A stretch of DNA of 64,000 bases. Origin: Selaginella moellendorffii (Eukaryota; Plantae; Lycopodiophyta). This document shows, one piece after another, positions 11,465 to 24,359 of the stretch (positions are counted from its first letter, which is position 1; each line of letters opens with the position of its first letter). The stretch is from the NCBI RefSeq assembly GCF_000143415.4, contig NW_003314290.1:1045586-1109585 (forward strand). Reading direction: 5' to 3'. The notes beneath the pieces were generated by a model. The model had not been told where the DNA came from and made no database searches. It saw only the letters and a list, made by a program, of their open reading frames with translations. Made by a program: the position numbers and the translations under genes.

Positions 11465-12645
11465 TGTAAGGAACCAGCTTGCCGAGGTGTCGTAGGCTAA
11501 AGGAACCCCAAAAGCATGACCAAAATGACAAAGAGTTCATCGAATGGGACCAAGTCGAAGATCGAGTCCAAGACCGACTCTGAGACTGAGTTCAAGATAG
11601 AGTCCGGAATCGAGTCCGAGGCCGATTCGGGGACCGAGTTCGAGACCGAGTTCGAGATAGAGTCCAAGATCCGAAATCTGGTCTGAGACCGAGTCCGAGG
11701 TCGAGTCCGAGGTCGGGTCCGAGATCGGGCCCGAGATCGAGTCCGAGATCGAGTCCGAGACCGAATCCGAAGTCGGATCTGAAATCGAGTCCGAGATCGA
11801 GTCCGAGACCGAATCCGAAGTCGGATCTGAAATCGAGTCCGAGATCGAGCCAGAGACTAAGTCCAAATACTAATACGGGTCAAGGGGTGAAAGCCCAAAG
11901 CGTGCGTCTCCCAGGTGGGGGGGGGCTGTAGGGGGTTCCAAAAGTAGGGATAGTGAGGTCTAGGAACCAATTTTGAAGGGACTCTTCAGTGGGGCTTCCA
12001 AACCGACTTGAGGTTGAGACTGGGACCGAGGGGCCTTGAGTGGGAGTGAGCATGGACTTGGTTGGTGCCGGAGGGGCCATCCAAGGAAGTGCTCAAGAGC
12101 AGCTCCCACTCCCGAAAGGGAAACCAATTGCGGTGCTCCCGGCTCATGTGGAGTGGTGCCCCACTTGAGTACCATGCGGCTCATTGGTCCTCGCCCTTCC
12201 TAGGGGCTTGGGCCTTCCTTCGGGATGGAAGTGGGGGGGTAGAGGTACCCATACCGGGCCGCTAGGCCACGGTGTTTCGCCCTGGCGTCCCGAAGCAAGT
12301 GTTGCACTCAAGACTTGGGATTTAGAGGGTCCCATGATCAAGTCTTGTGGTACCAAAGGATGTTAGGAACCTGGAAGCTTGGTGTGCTTGGCTGCTTGTG
12401 CTTGCGGGGAGTGTAGCCGAACCTTAAGTCCATTCTAACCCAAGGAGGGGGATTGGGAGTGATTTGCGGAATCCGTGGATGGATGGCTAACACTCCGTTG
12501 CTTGTGCAGTGAGTAGCTGAAACTAAGTAGGAGCTGGTACCATAGGCGAGAACCTTGGCAAGGGAACTTCGCAAAAGCTAAGGCAGTATTGGACGGATAG
12601 ACGAGGTAAGCTGGCAAATTGGAAAGGAAAAATTTGTGGCTTACA
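11465..12645 (+). repeat. LTR family A (TGTAAGGAACC...GCTTACA, ~1.18 kb) with GAGTCC/GAGATC/GAGACC hexamer array
   Basis: Colinear with 16799-17967; followed by tRNA-iMet-type PBS TGGTATCGGAGC at 12649-12660. Confidence 0.9.
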
Positions 12646-12774
12646 ATTTGGTATCGGAGCCTTTTCCTCAGTTCTAGCAAAGGATAGAGGCGGATTGCTG
12701 GGAGATGGCAAAGGCAGGGCGGAAGCGAACCAAGGCGGAGACGGAATCTCCTCCAAAGCTAAAGCCTCCAGTCG

Positions 12775-14257
12775 AATTTTTTCCATTCTACTTTAGTCAT
12801 TTAACCACACCTCCGACCACTTGGAGTCTCATTCACAACCTCCATAAGTCCCACTCAAGACTTGGGGCTTGCTAGCCCCGAGAATGGTATCCATGCCACT
12901 CAACCTTTGCACTTGGTCCAAGTGCTCCACGTGTCCGGTCCTATGACCGACACCCCAAGGCACCACCAACATACCAGCCTGTTACGCTAGGCCATGCCCA
13001 ATCACCTTCGTCACATCGGTGGTCCAATACAACCTGCATTGCAATCCCGTCTCTCCAAGACTTGGCCATCCGTCCATGAGTGGTCATCCCAGATCCACCC
13101 CTTAGCATCCTTAGGATGCCCGCAAACATGGGGAATAGCCTTCCCCAATATCTCCTTTCTAGTCCCCACTAAGTCCCTTTTTGTCCTTGGCCATGTTCGC
13201 CAACACTGCCATTGGATCAAGGCCCACAGGCCTGACCACTAAGTCCCACGGTCCTCTGGGACTTCCTCACCACATGATTGTATCCTTGGTCACTACACCA
13301 GAGGACTACTCCTCTTCCTTTCCACAGTCTGGGACTTTGGGACAACATTTCGGAACACCGTGGCCTTACGCAAGCCTCGTGGGTACTCTCCCCGCCTTCC
13401 ACCTTTGGGTGCTCTAGCCATGGGCTTAAAGCGAGGTTCCATTAAGCCACGCCTGGTATCCAAGTAGGTAGTGCTACCCACACTTGGACTGGGAGCATCG
13501 GCTAGTCGATCTCCCGGGGGAACTAGAGCCGGTTCTTGAACACTTCACCAAGCTACCCTGCTTGTCGGTCTGTGTTCACTTTAGTCTTGGACTTCCCAGT
13601 GGGCAACTCATCACCCAACACTGGGTACAGCCTTCCTGGGCCAAACTAGCCTTTCCTACCCAAACTGGCCTTTCCTGGCCAAACTGGCTCCACTGCAGTC
13701 CTCCCCCTTACTATACTTTTGGAGCTCACCAAACCCCCTAGGGTCTGGGAGACGAACGCTTTGGGCTTTCACCCTGTCAGACTCGAACTCAGACTCGGAC
13801 TCGGACTCGGGCTTGGTCTTGGACTCGGCCTCGGACTCGGACTCGGGCTTGGTCTCGGCCTCAGCCTCGGTCTCGGTCTCGGTCCCGATCTCAGTCTCGG
13901 TCTCGGTCCCGATCTCGCTCTCGGTCTCGGTCGCGGTCTCGGTCTCAGCCTCAGTCTCAGTCTCGGTCTCGACCTCGGACTCCATCTCGGACTCCGTCTC
14001 GGTCCATCTTGGACTCCATCTCGGACTCTTCCACGTGTCATGTGTTGGTCCTTTTGGGTCCCTTTTTAGAGCCTCGCTTATTGCTCGCTTCGTGCTCATT
14101 CCTCGAGCACTTTGTTGGGAGTTCCACTCCTGCTCTCAACCTTTCAAGGTGGAGCTTTTAGTCCAAACGTGTTACACTTGTTTGGCTTTCGCTTTGGCCA
14201 CTACCATGTGGCGCCCTTCTGGCTCCACTTTAGGGCCTATGTATTTTGTGTCTCACA
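12775..14257 (-). repeat. LTR family B, inverted, slightly truncated at its 3' end
   Basis: Reverse complement of 21379-22994; starts TGTGAGACA at 14257; hexamer array at about 13780-14030. Confidence 0.85.
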
Positions 14258-14259
14258 CA

Positions 14260-14588
14260 CGGACTTGATCTTGGACCCAACCTCGGACTTGGTCTCAAAC
14301 TCGATCTCGGACTCAACCTCGGACCTGATCTCGGACTCGACCTCGGACTCGAACTCGGACTCGGTCTCGGACTCGTTCTCGGATCTCAGACTCGGTCTCG
14401 AACTCGGCTTCAAACTCGGTCTCGGAGTCGGCCTCGGGCTCAATCCTGGACTCTGTCTTGAACTCAGTCTCAGAGTCGGTCTTGGACTCGATCTCGGACT
14501 CGGTCCCATACAATGAACTCTTTATTATTTCGGTCATGCTTTCGGGGATCCTTTAGCCTACGACACCTCGGGGAGTTGGTTCCTTACA
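14260..14588 (-). repeat. 5' fragment of LTR family A, inverted
   Basis: Reverse complement of tgtaaggaaccaactc... followed by the hexamer array. Confidence 0.85.
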
Positions 14589-17500
14589 GGTGCTCAAGGA
14601 GTGGCGACACTACCTTGGGAGACACTTCAAAGTTTACATAAATAATGTGGCAACAAAACACCTCTTGTCACAGCCCGACCTAAGAGGTGGGCCAATGCTT
14701 TGGCCGAGTTTGATTGCGAGAGTCTGTATAACCTGGGAAGAGAAACATTGTGGCGAATGCTCTAAATAGAAAAGTGAGCTTGAAGTTGACGATATCTAGC
14801 GTGATAACAACCTTTTGAGATGATGTGCGGATAACGTATAAGAACAATGGTCTAGCACAAGAAGTGTTGCTAAAGAACCAAGAAGTGCAGGAAGCTCACT
14901 AGAGAGGTGAACTGCCAATGGAAGAGAAAACAAGCTATGCGGAACGCAATGGACTCATCTATTATAAACAAACGAGGGTGTATGTTCTAAAAGGGGAATT
15001 AAAAAAGGTAACTTTAGAAGAGTGTCATGACAGACCTTTTGTGGGACATGGCAGAATGCCCAAGACAATAGGCTTACTCAAAAGGAAGTATCATTAGCCA
15101 AATATGGCTAAGGACGTCCGAGACTATGTAAAGACATGTCCAACATGTCAGCAGGTCAAAGCTGTGACTAAAGCTAATAGGGGCTTGTTATAAAGCATTC
15201 CAATTCCAAATCATCCGTGGAAATGTCTTACGATGGACTTCATCACAAGACTCCCCCCAAATAAGGGGTTTGATATGATATTCATGGTGGTGGACTGATT
15301 TCCGAAGATGGGACATTTCATACCCACCACAACAGAAGTGGATGTGGAAGGTGTGGCAAATCTGTTCTTCGAACAAGTGGTTCGAGTGCGGGGAAGGATA
15401 GAAGAGATTATCTCAGATCGAGATAAGATCTTCACTAGTAGGTTCTAGAAAACTCTCCTAGAACAGTATCGCACCAAGTTGAAATTCAACATAGCCTATC
15501 TCCCACAGACAGGTACTGGGTATTAAGTCAAGTTGGATGGCATTAACACTTCTTGACAGATGGACAAATAGAAAAGGTGAATACGCAGTTGAAGGATTAT
15601 TTACGATGCTATGTCTCCAAAGACCAGATTAATTGGGTAAGTCATTTGGGACTTGTAGAAATGTGCTATAACAACTCACCACACTCGAGTATCGAGGTGA
15701 ATCCATGGGAAGTCATCAATGAGTGAGTTATTGAAGGTCATGTGAAATTCGGCGTAGCCGAGTATCATGGAGAGTTACCCACAGTGGAGGCATTCACAGC
15801 GGAAAGACTCAACATTTGGAGTCTATTGAAGGATTCCTTGGAACAGGCTCAACAAAGACAAACCAAGTATGTGAACCAAAAACATCGGGATGTAGAATTC
15901 TAACATGGGGAGAAGGTGTGGCTGAACACCAAGAACGTAAGGCTACTAAGTGGGATAAGCCGAAAGCTAACCCAAAGGTAAAAATGCATATATTCCTAGA
16001 AATGAACTGATCTTGAGTTCCTTAAGCAGGTTTACGGGGCCTTACGAGATTGAGGCACGAATTGGTAAGGTGGCTTACCACCTCCAACTTCCTCAAGAGA
16101 TGAGAAAGATGCACCTAGTGTTCCATGTGAACTTACTCAAGCCATACTTTTAGCATCTACTTCGCAAGGACCAAGTAAGACCTTTACCTGAGGTTATCCA
16201 AGGGGAAGAGGAATACGAAGTCGAAGCCATCCTCAATGCGTGCAAGAGCAAGGATGCGAGGTGAGAGAGTTCTATGTGAAGTAAAAAGGATTTCCGCATT
16301 GTGAAGCAACATAGGAACTAGAGGAGAACCTAGCAAACGCGCGAGATCTAATGGAGGAATTTCTGCAAGGTAGAACTCTATGTACTTATGCAAAGTTCAA
16401 TTAAAGTATCAATTTGTGAAGTTGAGCAATGGCATATGTTGGGACCCGAAGGTGCGCGGAAGGTAAGCTGATTAGCACGGGTTAGCTAGGTCGACCAAGC
16501 ATAGGAAACTACACCTGACTCCCCGCAGGAATGTCAAATCCATAGACATATTCTACGAAGGTTGGGTTCAAGTCCCAACCCTTTAGTAAAGCAAGGCTGG
16601 GTTCAAGTCCCAACCAGGGTGTGGTGAGGGGAGGGGTGTAGGGACACTTATATTCTATTGTCATGGGCTTTTGGCTAGGGAGGCTAACTTAGGCACACCA
16701 CAAGTGGGGGGATGCCCTCAGAGACATGGTCAACAAGTCGTAGGATTAAAAAAAGGCATTCAATGTGGGCATTGAATTTCTTCTATGGGTGGTAGAGTTG
16801 TAAGGAACCAACTCTCTGAGGTGTTGAATGTTAAAGGATCCTCGAAAGCATGACCAAAATGATATAGACTTCATCGGATGAGATTGAGTCTGAGATCAAG
16901 TCTGAAACCGACTCTAAGACCGAGTTCGAGACAGACTCTGAGATCGAGTCTGAAACAGACTCCGAGATCAAGTTCGAAACCGAGTCCAAGACTGAGTTCG
17001 AGACCAAGTTCAACATCTGAGAATGGATCCAGGATCGAGTCCAAGATCGAGTCTGAGACAGAGTTCAAGGTCGGGTTCGAGATCGAGTCTGAGATCGAGT
17101 CTGAGATCAAGTTTGAGACTGAGTCCGAAACCGAGTCCAAGATCAAGTGCGAGATCAAGTCTGAAATCGAGTCCGAATATTAATACAGGTCATGGGGTGA
17201 AAGCCCAAAGTATGTGTCTCCCGGAGGGGCGGCTACAAGGGGTTCCAAAAGTATAGTAGAGATAGTGAGGTATAGGAACTAGTCTTGAAAGAACTCTCTA
17301 ATGGTGCTTCCAAACTCACTTGAGGTTGAGACTGAGGCTAAGGGGCCTTGGGTGGGAGTGAGCATGGACTTGGGTAGTGCTGGAAGGGCCACCCAAAGAA
17401 CTACTCAAGAGCAACTCCCACTTCCAAAAGGGAAACCGACTACAGTGCTCCCAGCTCATGTGGAATGGTGCCCCACTTGAGTACCTTACGACTCATTAGT

Positions 17501-17967
17501 CCTCACCCTTCCTAGGGGTTTGGGCCTTCCCTTTGGGATGGAAGTGGGGGAGTAGGGGTACCCACACCAGGCCGTTAAGCCACGGTGTTTCCCTTTGATA
17601 TCCCAAAGCAAGTGTTGCATCCAAGGCTTGGGATTTAAAGGGTCCCATGATCAGGTTCTCTTGTACCAAGGGATGTTAGGAACTTAGTGGCTTGGTGTGC
17701 TTGGCTGCTTGTGCTTGCAGGGAGTGTAGCCGAACCTTAAATCTAGTCTAACCCGGGGAGGGGGATTGGGAGAGATTTGGGAATCCGTGGATGGATGGCT
17801 AATGCTTTGTTGCTCTTGCAGTGAGTAGTTAAAACCAAGTAAGACCAAGTAGGAGCTGGTACAATAAGTGGGAACCTTGGCAAGGGAACTTAACTAAAGC
17901 TAAAGTAGTATTGGTCGGATATACGAGGTAAGCTGGCAAATTGGAAAAAAAAAATTTATGGCTTACA
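14589..17967 (+). mobile_element. Ty3/gypsy chromovirus remnant, copy 2: RNase H end, integrase, chromodomain, LTR 16799-17967
   Basis: LKEWRHYL, Zn finger, MDFIT, IISDRD, AYLPQT/DGQ, GPY and chromodomain. Many stops from C>T/G>A changes; colinear with copy 1. Confidence 0.93.
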
Positions 17968-18299
17968 TGGTGTTGGATGTCGAAAATATGGGCAAAGATG
18001 TTTAATACTTAGACATATTATTGGGTCATAAGAATTAGTGTTGAGGTGAACCTATGTGAAATTGTTGGTAGGAGGAAGTTGGTTGAGTCTTGAAAGTTTG
18101 CATTTCTAGACTAAGAGTCATTCTTTCTCTAGGATGGAACATTTTCTAGAAATTTTCTTAGGCTTTTCCAATGACTGATCTGTTAATCACTTTGCTTGAA
18201 AACCATTCCATTTTTGTAAGCTAATACAAACTAGTGAAGGGGTTGCAGTTGACTTTGGTTAGCTTAAACCTTAATAGGTAGTATGTATGATGCAACCCA

Positions 18300-19070
18300 A
18301 AAGGGATGTTGACTTTTAAGGCTAAGGCAATTGAGTTGAATAAAGTCCAAAGTTGGTGTAGAAGAATGGCTGTACCACTTTTCTAGAAAGGTGTGCCTTT
18401 CTTATGTAGCGTTATGCTTGGTGGCAAATTGCACCTTCTATGAGAGTAGTGAGCTCTCACTGATCCTGACTTAGTCTTGGTGGGCCTATGCCTTGGCTGA
18501 ATATAGATGTTGGTACCCATACTATAGCTTTGTCTCAATGGAGGTTATGTACCAATATGAATTCATCTCATGGTCTTCAATTTAGTTACAATTGAGTGTT
18601 GGTCATGCATAGCTAACCTCTTTAAAGCATGCTCAAAGCTGTTGGCTAAACATGTAGTGAGCTTATTGCGGTTGAGTTGGATTCGAGTGGTCATTTAGTT
18701 TATGGTTGTCCATGAACTTATATCTAGTACCTAGGGTATTACGTTCATATTGGACAAGTATATGACTCAATGAATTTAGTGTTTGGGTTTTGTGAAGGCA
18801 AGTTGAAGAGTGTTTATTAGATGCTTTGCGACTAGTGATTACTTATAGACTTCATCAAGAACTATTGATACTTGCTTCACTCGATGATGATTTAACAGTG
18901 ATGGGCTTGCTTTACCAATGGTGTTGTGAAGGATCATATCGTTAAACTTGCATGGTTTTTCCATATTGGCATATTAAATATACCTCTATCGATATCATTT
19001 GGTTGTGTTTAGTCTGTAATATTAGATTTCATGAAGTCTTGGATGTGATGAATCACTCCTTGATGAGCTA
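18300..19070 (+). pseudogene. Heavily degraded Ty3/gypsy reverse transcriptase
   Basis: Traces of DYRAL-, YEF.VM.F- and Y.RFIKNY-like segments; no open frame. Confidence 0.45.
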
Positions 19071-19071
19071 A

Positions 19072-20260
19072 AAGGGTGCCACGTGGTAGTGGCTGAAGCA
19101 GAAGCCAAATGAGCCTAACACGTTTAGACTAAAAACTCTGACTTGAAGAGTTGATAGTGGGAGTGAGACTCCTAATGGAGTGCTCAAGGAACGAGCATGA
19201 AGCGAGCAATAAGAGAGTCTCTAGAAAAAGGACACAAGAGGATTTGAGATGGACCTGAGATGGAATCCGAGAGGGACTTAAGATAGACCCGATATGGAGT
19301 TCGAGATGGACCCGAGATGGAGTCTGAGAGGGACCTAAGATTGACCGGAGATGGAGTCTAAGACGGACCCAAAATTAACCTGAGATGGAGTCCGAGAGGG
19401 AGTCGAGATCAACCCGAGATAGAGTCCAAAATGGAGTTCGAGAGGGACTCGAGATGGACCCGAGATGGAGTCCAAGATGGAGTCTAAGAGGGACCCGAGA
19501 TGGACCCCAGATGGACCCTAGATGGAATCTGAGATGGAGTCCAAGAAGGACCCGAGATGGAGTCTAAGGTCAAGGCCGAGACCAAGACCAAGACCAAGAC
19601 CAAAACTGGGACCGAAACCTAGACCGAGACTGAGACCAAGTTTGAGTCCGAGTTCGAGTCCGAGTCCGAGTTTGAGTCCGAGTCCGAGTCCAAGTCCAAG
19701 CCCGAGTCCGAGTCTGAAATTGCCCATGAACAAGAGTGCACTCCTTTTTCCAATCGGTTAAAGGTCTTGGGATATTTGGGTTAAGCGTTATTAGGTTTAA
19801 ATAATATTGGACTGGGTGAATTCCCGGGAAGTTCAAATTTAGGAGCTTATATTTGGTATCATAGGGGTCTTGGGTTCAACTTTGTTGGTTGGCTAGGGGA
19901 ATCATACCATATGTTGATTGACATCTGGCAGGTCTAATTTACTCTCACTGAGCTCGACCCGAGGGGTAAAGTGTCAAGAGAGCAGGGCTCTTGGGAGAGC
20001 AGAGGCTCTTAACTCTTAACTTCTGTTCACGAGGGCGTGAACTTGCTGAGAAGTGTAGTGAATTGTAAGCAACCAAAGAGAATGACTCGGGAGATGGTTT
20101 ATAAGGGTCTAAATATAGAGGGAAAGGGCCCATGAATAAAAGTGCACCTTTTTTTTCAATCGGTTAAGGGTCTTGGGATATTTGGGGTTAAGTGTCCTTA
20201 GGTTTGAATAGTATTGGGCTGGGTGACCTCTCGCGGGAAGTCGAAATTCAAGAGCTTACA
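19072..20260 (+). repeat. LTR fragments: family B 5' part plus a duplicated third LTR type
   Basis: 19072-19720 matches the start of LTR B with GAGATG/GAGTCC arrays. 19725-19850 is repeated at 20132-20260 ending gagcttaca. PBS-like ttggtatca near 19853. An inverted relative lies at about 27520-27690. Confidence 0.7.
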
Positions 20261-21378
20261 CTAATACCTATTGGCAAACCTGTTAATAAGATAAACAAGG
20301 ATGAAGTCTTTGTGAGGTTGAGGAGTAAGGTTCCTCATTCAAAGTGTTGATTTGAACTATTGATAATGGTGTGGCTTGGTCAAGGTGACCAATTGAGAAG
20401 GACACCTAAGGGAAATGAACTACGACAGTACAATGGTATTATGAGTTCAAGAAAATAATCTCCAAGGAAGGACCCGTGGGTGGGTCGCAAGGTTGGGCCA
20501 TAGAGAAAGTCTAGAGCAGAAAATATTGAGGAGACCTATTAGAGGTGAACACCCCTTAAACTTGGCAAAGTAAAGCCTTTGTTATATAACCAAAAGGATA
20601 TCTCAAGGATGGAGGTAGTGATCCTGTATTACTTGTTGCAACAATCAAAGGATAGGAACAAACAATTGGAGGCCAAGTTTGGGCCATAGGATTCATTGGA
20701 AAAGATCCAAACAAAGTTGAGCAAGGAACACTTTTGTGTTGGATACTAACGGATCGTGGGAAAAGAAATATGTTTCCAAGGATGAATTTCCAAATGCTCC
20801 AATTTGGCAAAGAAGAAAGCTCCAAGGGAGGGAACGACAAGGTAGCCAAATGATAGAGTCGTGGTTAGCCCTAACACAAATTATGGGTAAATAAAATTTA
20901 GTGCCTAGAGTGGCACAAAATAGAAGGGAGGATGATGGTGTCCTCAAATATAAAACTTCCTAGGATGGAGGAGTGGAACTTGTGCAAAATGTGCAATGCA
21001 AGGTGTTGAAAACACCTAGAAAATTAATTTTGAGAAGTCAAAGTTAAAAGTTTAAAAATGCAATAGTTATATCAATAGAAGTTAAGACTACTCAAGAATG
21101 AGTAGTGGGATGGAGATTGAGAAGGTTCCTCTAATAGGTTTAGTGAGAACTAAGCCAATAAAAGGAAAGAACCACCACAAGTGGTCGAATAAGTTTTTAT
21201 GTTGGAGAGATTATGCTCCTTAGAGGATGGACAAGGCTAGGTGAGCCTTCGGTGTCAAACCATTGAGAGATGGTTGCTAAGTGCCAAGGATGAGAAGTGG
21301 TAATCTATGATAGGGTTACTTTATAAAAATGTTTACCATTCAATAAGGATATCGAACTTCGTTTATGGGTGGTGGATT

Positions 21379-22994
21379 TATGAGACATAAATCCCTAAAC
21401 CCCAAAGTGGAGCCGAAAGTGGTAGTGGCTGAAACAAAAGCCAAACGAGCTTAACAAGTTTAAAAGCTCCAACTTGAAGAGTCGAGAGCGCGAGTGAGAC
21501 TCCCAATGGAGTGCTCAAAGAACAAGCATGAAGCAAACAATAAGAGAGTCTCTAGAAAAGGGACACAAGAGGACTAACACATGACGTGTGATGGAGTTCA
21601 AGATGGAGTCTGAGATGGACCTGAGATGGAGTATAAGAGGGACCCAAAATGGACCCGAGATGGAGTCCAAGATGGAGTTTGAGAGGAACTCGAGATGGAG
21701 CCAAGATGGAGTCCGAGATGAACTCGAGATGGAGTCCGAGATGGAGTCTGAGATGGACCTGAGATGGAGTCCGAAAAGGACCCAAGATGAAGTCCGAGGT
21801 CAAGGCCAAGACCAAGACTAAGATTGAAACCGAGACCAGGACTGAGACTGAAACTAAGACGGGACCGAGACTGAGACCAAGGCCGAGACTAAGGTCAAGA
21901 CCAAGACCGAGACTGAGATTGAGTTCGACTTCGAGTCCAAGTCCGAGTCTGAGCCCAAGTCCAAGTCCGAGTCCAAGTCTGAGTTCGAGTTCAAGGGTGA
22001 AAGCCCAAAGCATTCGTCTCCCAGACCTTGAGGGGTTTGGTGAACTCTAAAAGTATAGTAGAGGGGAGGACTCCAATAGAGTCAATTTGGCTAGGAAAGG
22101 CTAGTGTGACCAAGGAAGGCTATACCCACATGGTGGGTAATGATAAAACCACTGAGGAGTCTAAGGCTCTATAGAGTGAATATGAATAAACAAGCAAAGT
22201 AGCTTGGTGAAGTGTTCAAAAGCTGGCTCTAACTCCCTTGGGAGATCAAATGGTCAATGCTCCCAATCTTAGTGTGGGTAGCACTACCTACTTGGATACT
22301 TGGCGTGGCTTATTGAAACCTTGCTCTAGCCATATGGCTAGGGCACCTAAAGGCAAAAGGTGGGGAGAGTACCCATGAGGCTTGCGTAGGGCCACAGTAT
22401 TTTGAAATGTCGTTTCAAAGTCCTAGACTATAGAAAAGAAGAAGAGTAGTCCTTTAATGTAGTGACCAAAGATACAGTCACATGGTAAGGAAGTCCCAGA
22501 GGACAGTGGGACTTATTGGTCTGGCCTTTAGGCCTTGACCCAGTGGCAATGTTGGCAAGTATGGTCGTGGATGAAGAGGGACTTAGTGGGGATAGAAGAA
22601 GGGACATTGGGGAAGGGTGTTCCCTATGTCTCTAGGCATCTTAAGGGTGCTAAAGCATGGTCAAGGGATGACCACTCATGGATGGATGGCCCAATCTTTA
22701 AGAGACATGATTATAATGTAGGTGGTGTTGGATCATTAGTATGACAAAGATGAATAGGCATGGCCTTAATGTAACAGGTTGATATATCGGTGGTACCTTT
22801 GGGTGTCAGTCATGGGATTGGACACATGGAGCACTTGGACTACGTGCAAATTTTGAGTGGCATAGATGCCATTCTCGAGGCTAGCAAACCTTAAATCAAG
22901 AATAGAAATTATAGAGGTTGTGAGTAAGACTCCTTCAAGTGGTCGAAGGCGTGGTTAAGTAACTAAAGTAGAATGGAAAATTTAGTTTTTTACA
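21379..22994 (+). repeat. LTR family B (~1.6 kb)
   Basis: Preceded by PPT-like atgggtggtggat; T(A)TGAGACA...TTACA; homologous to 12775-14257 on the minus strand. Confidence 0.85.
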
Positions 22995-24359
22995 CGTCAA
23001 TCTTCCCTAAGGGGGGGAAAGTATCGCAAATATGACTGTAGGTATCGAAAGTTACTTGTTGGCTAATCCTTTCAAATAGTTTTTCCTTACTGCCACAATG
23101 GCAGGAAGTCAGTATTGATAGTTCCTTTTATCAGCCCCTCTTGTTCAATTGTTAGTAAACTAGGTTTAGCACCTGTACTTAGCCAAATGAACATAAGGTA
23201 GGAACTCCTATATGTTTTTAGTTGAACATACTCGGCCTAGCTTTTAGTTCTCTTTTGTTCTGTCTTGCACTGGCTAAAGGTGAAAGTTTAAAGCATGTGT
23301 TCCTAAAGAAGGGAGGGGGGGGGGCGGGGGGGGGGGCTGTGCTGGGGGGGTTCCAAATGTATAGTAGGGATAGAAGGTAGGTTGGGCATAGCTGACCAAC
23401 TTGAGGTATAGTCTAGCTCCCTCTTGTGTGCTTGTCTTTGTTTTGCATCCGGCTTGGGTCTAAGCCCAAATTCTATACCATGTTAGTTGGTGAAGTACCT
23501 TTATTCTTGCATTAGGCCACCAGTATGCTAAAATAGTGCTAGACTTCATTTGGCTCCATTTTGCATGCTAGTCCTAGCATTGGGATGCTAAATGCTCTAG
23601 GATTGTTTTAAATCACTCTGTGCTTTTGTCCTTTCACTTTTTGGGTTCTATGCTAAAGATTGGCACCATGCTCCAATTCTGTCACTCCTTAGCTCCATGC
23701 TTGGGAGTTTGGCTCTGTTCTTTCATTCAGTGGCCCAAGGCTCTGAAACTCGCATTCCACATAACTGTCCTTTGGTATCACGTGGTATATGGAGGGTTTA
23801 GGTTCCACTTTATGGTGTTATCCTATGGTAAATCACCATAGGATAAAAGATAAAAATCATGTGCACTACAATCTAGACCTTTCATTGTAACAACACTAAC
23901 AAGACATTGTTGATGCCAAAGTCTTCACCCAAGAAATAGAGGTCATTAATCTAGAAAATGCCAACAACGCCAATAAGTATAACCAAGTTTATCATACACC
24001 TAGCAGTGGACATCATGGCTATAACCACATCTTCGCTCTTATCCTTGAACTCGGGCAGTAGCGGCTCAACCTCCATTAGAACAGGACCATCTCCCATAAG
24101 AAGTGGAGCTAAAGGATATGGAGCGAGAAGTGGAAGAGGTGACATTTCATAATATTATGCTAAGCAAAGATAATTAAAGTTGCCTCTCATCTTCACCAAT
24201 ATGGAATATAGAAATGGAATATAGAAATATATATATATTAATTAGCCCAAAAACTTTAGTTTATATACAAGAGCAAGTAGTCTTGATTAAAACCAATCCA
24301 ACAGCTATCAAAATTTCACTACATTAATAATAATATATAGCATTGTAGCCATACACTTT

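Larger units (their letters stand above)
8990..12645 (+). mobile_element. Ty3/gypsy chromovirus remnant, copy 1: integrase, chromodomain, 3' region, LTR
   Basis: Zn finger CHDGPLVGHGG..CPTC, MDFITGLP, FAGPY, HPVFH and chromodomain EEEYEVEAIL..VKWKGF. Internal deletion in the catalytic core near 9385 relative to copy 2. PPT-like atgggtggtggagt precedes the LTR. Confidence 0.93.

Noticed and set aside
14575-14595. TTCCTTACAG|GTG as a splice acceptor for RNase H
   Set aside because: It is the terminus of an inverted LTR A abutting the pol sequence.
11537-22050. Many ORFs rich in SDS, ESE, LGLG or RPRP
   Set aside because: Translations of stop-free hexamer arrays inside LTRs.
23311-23350. G-run as a functional G-quadruplex
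   Set aside because: Appears to be an expanded G-run within an LTR A-like fragment (compare 11917-11935); no evidence of function.
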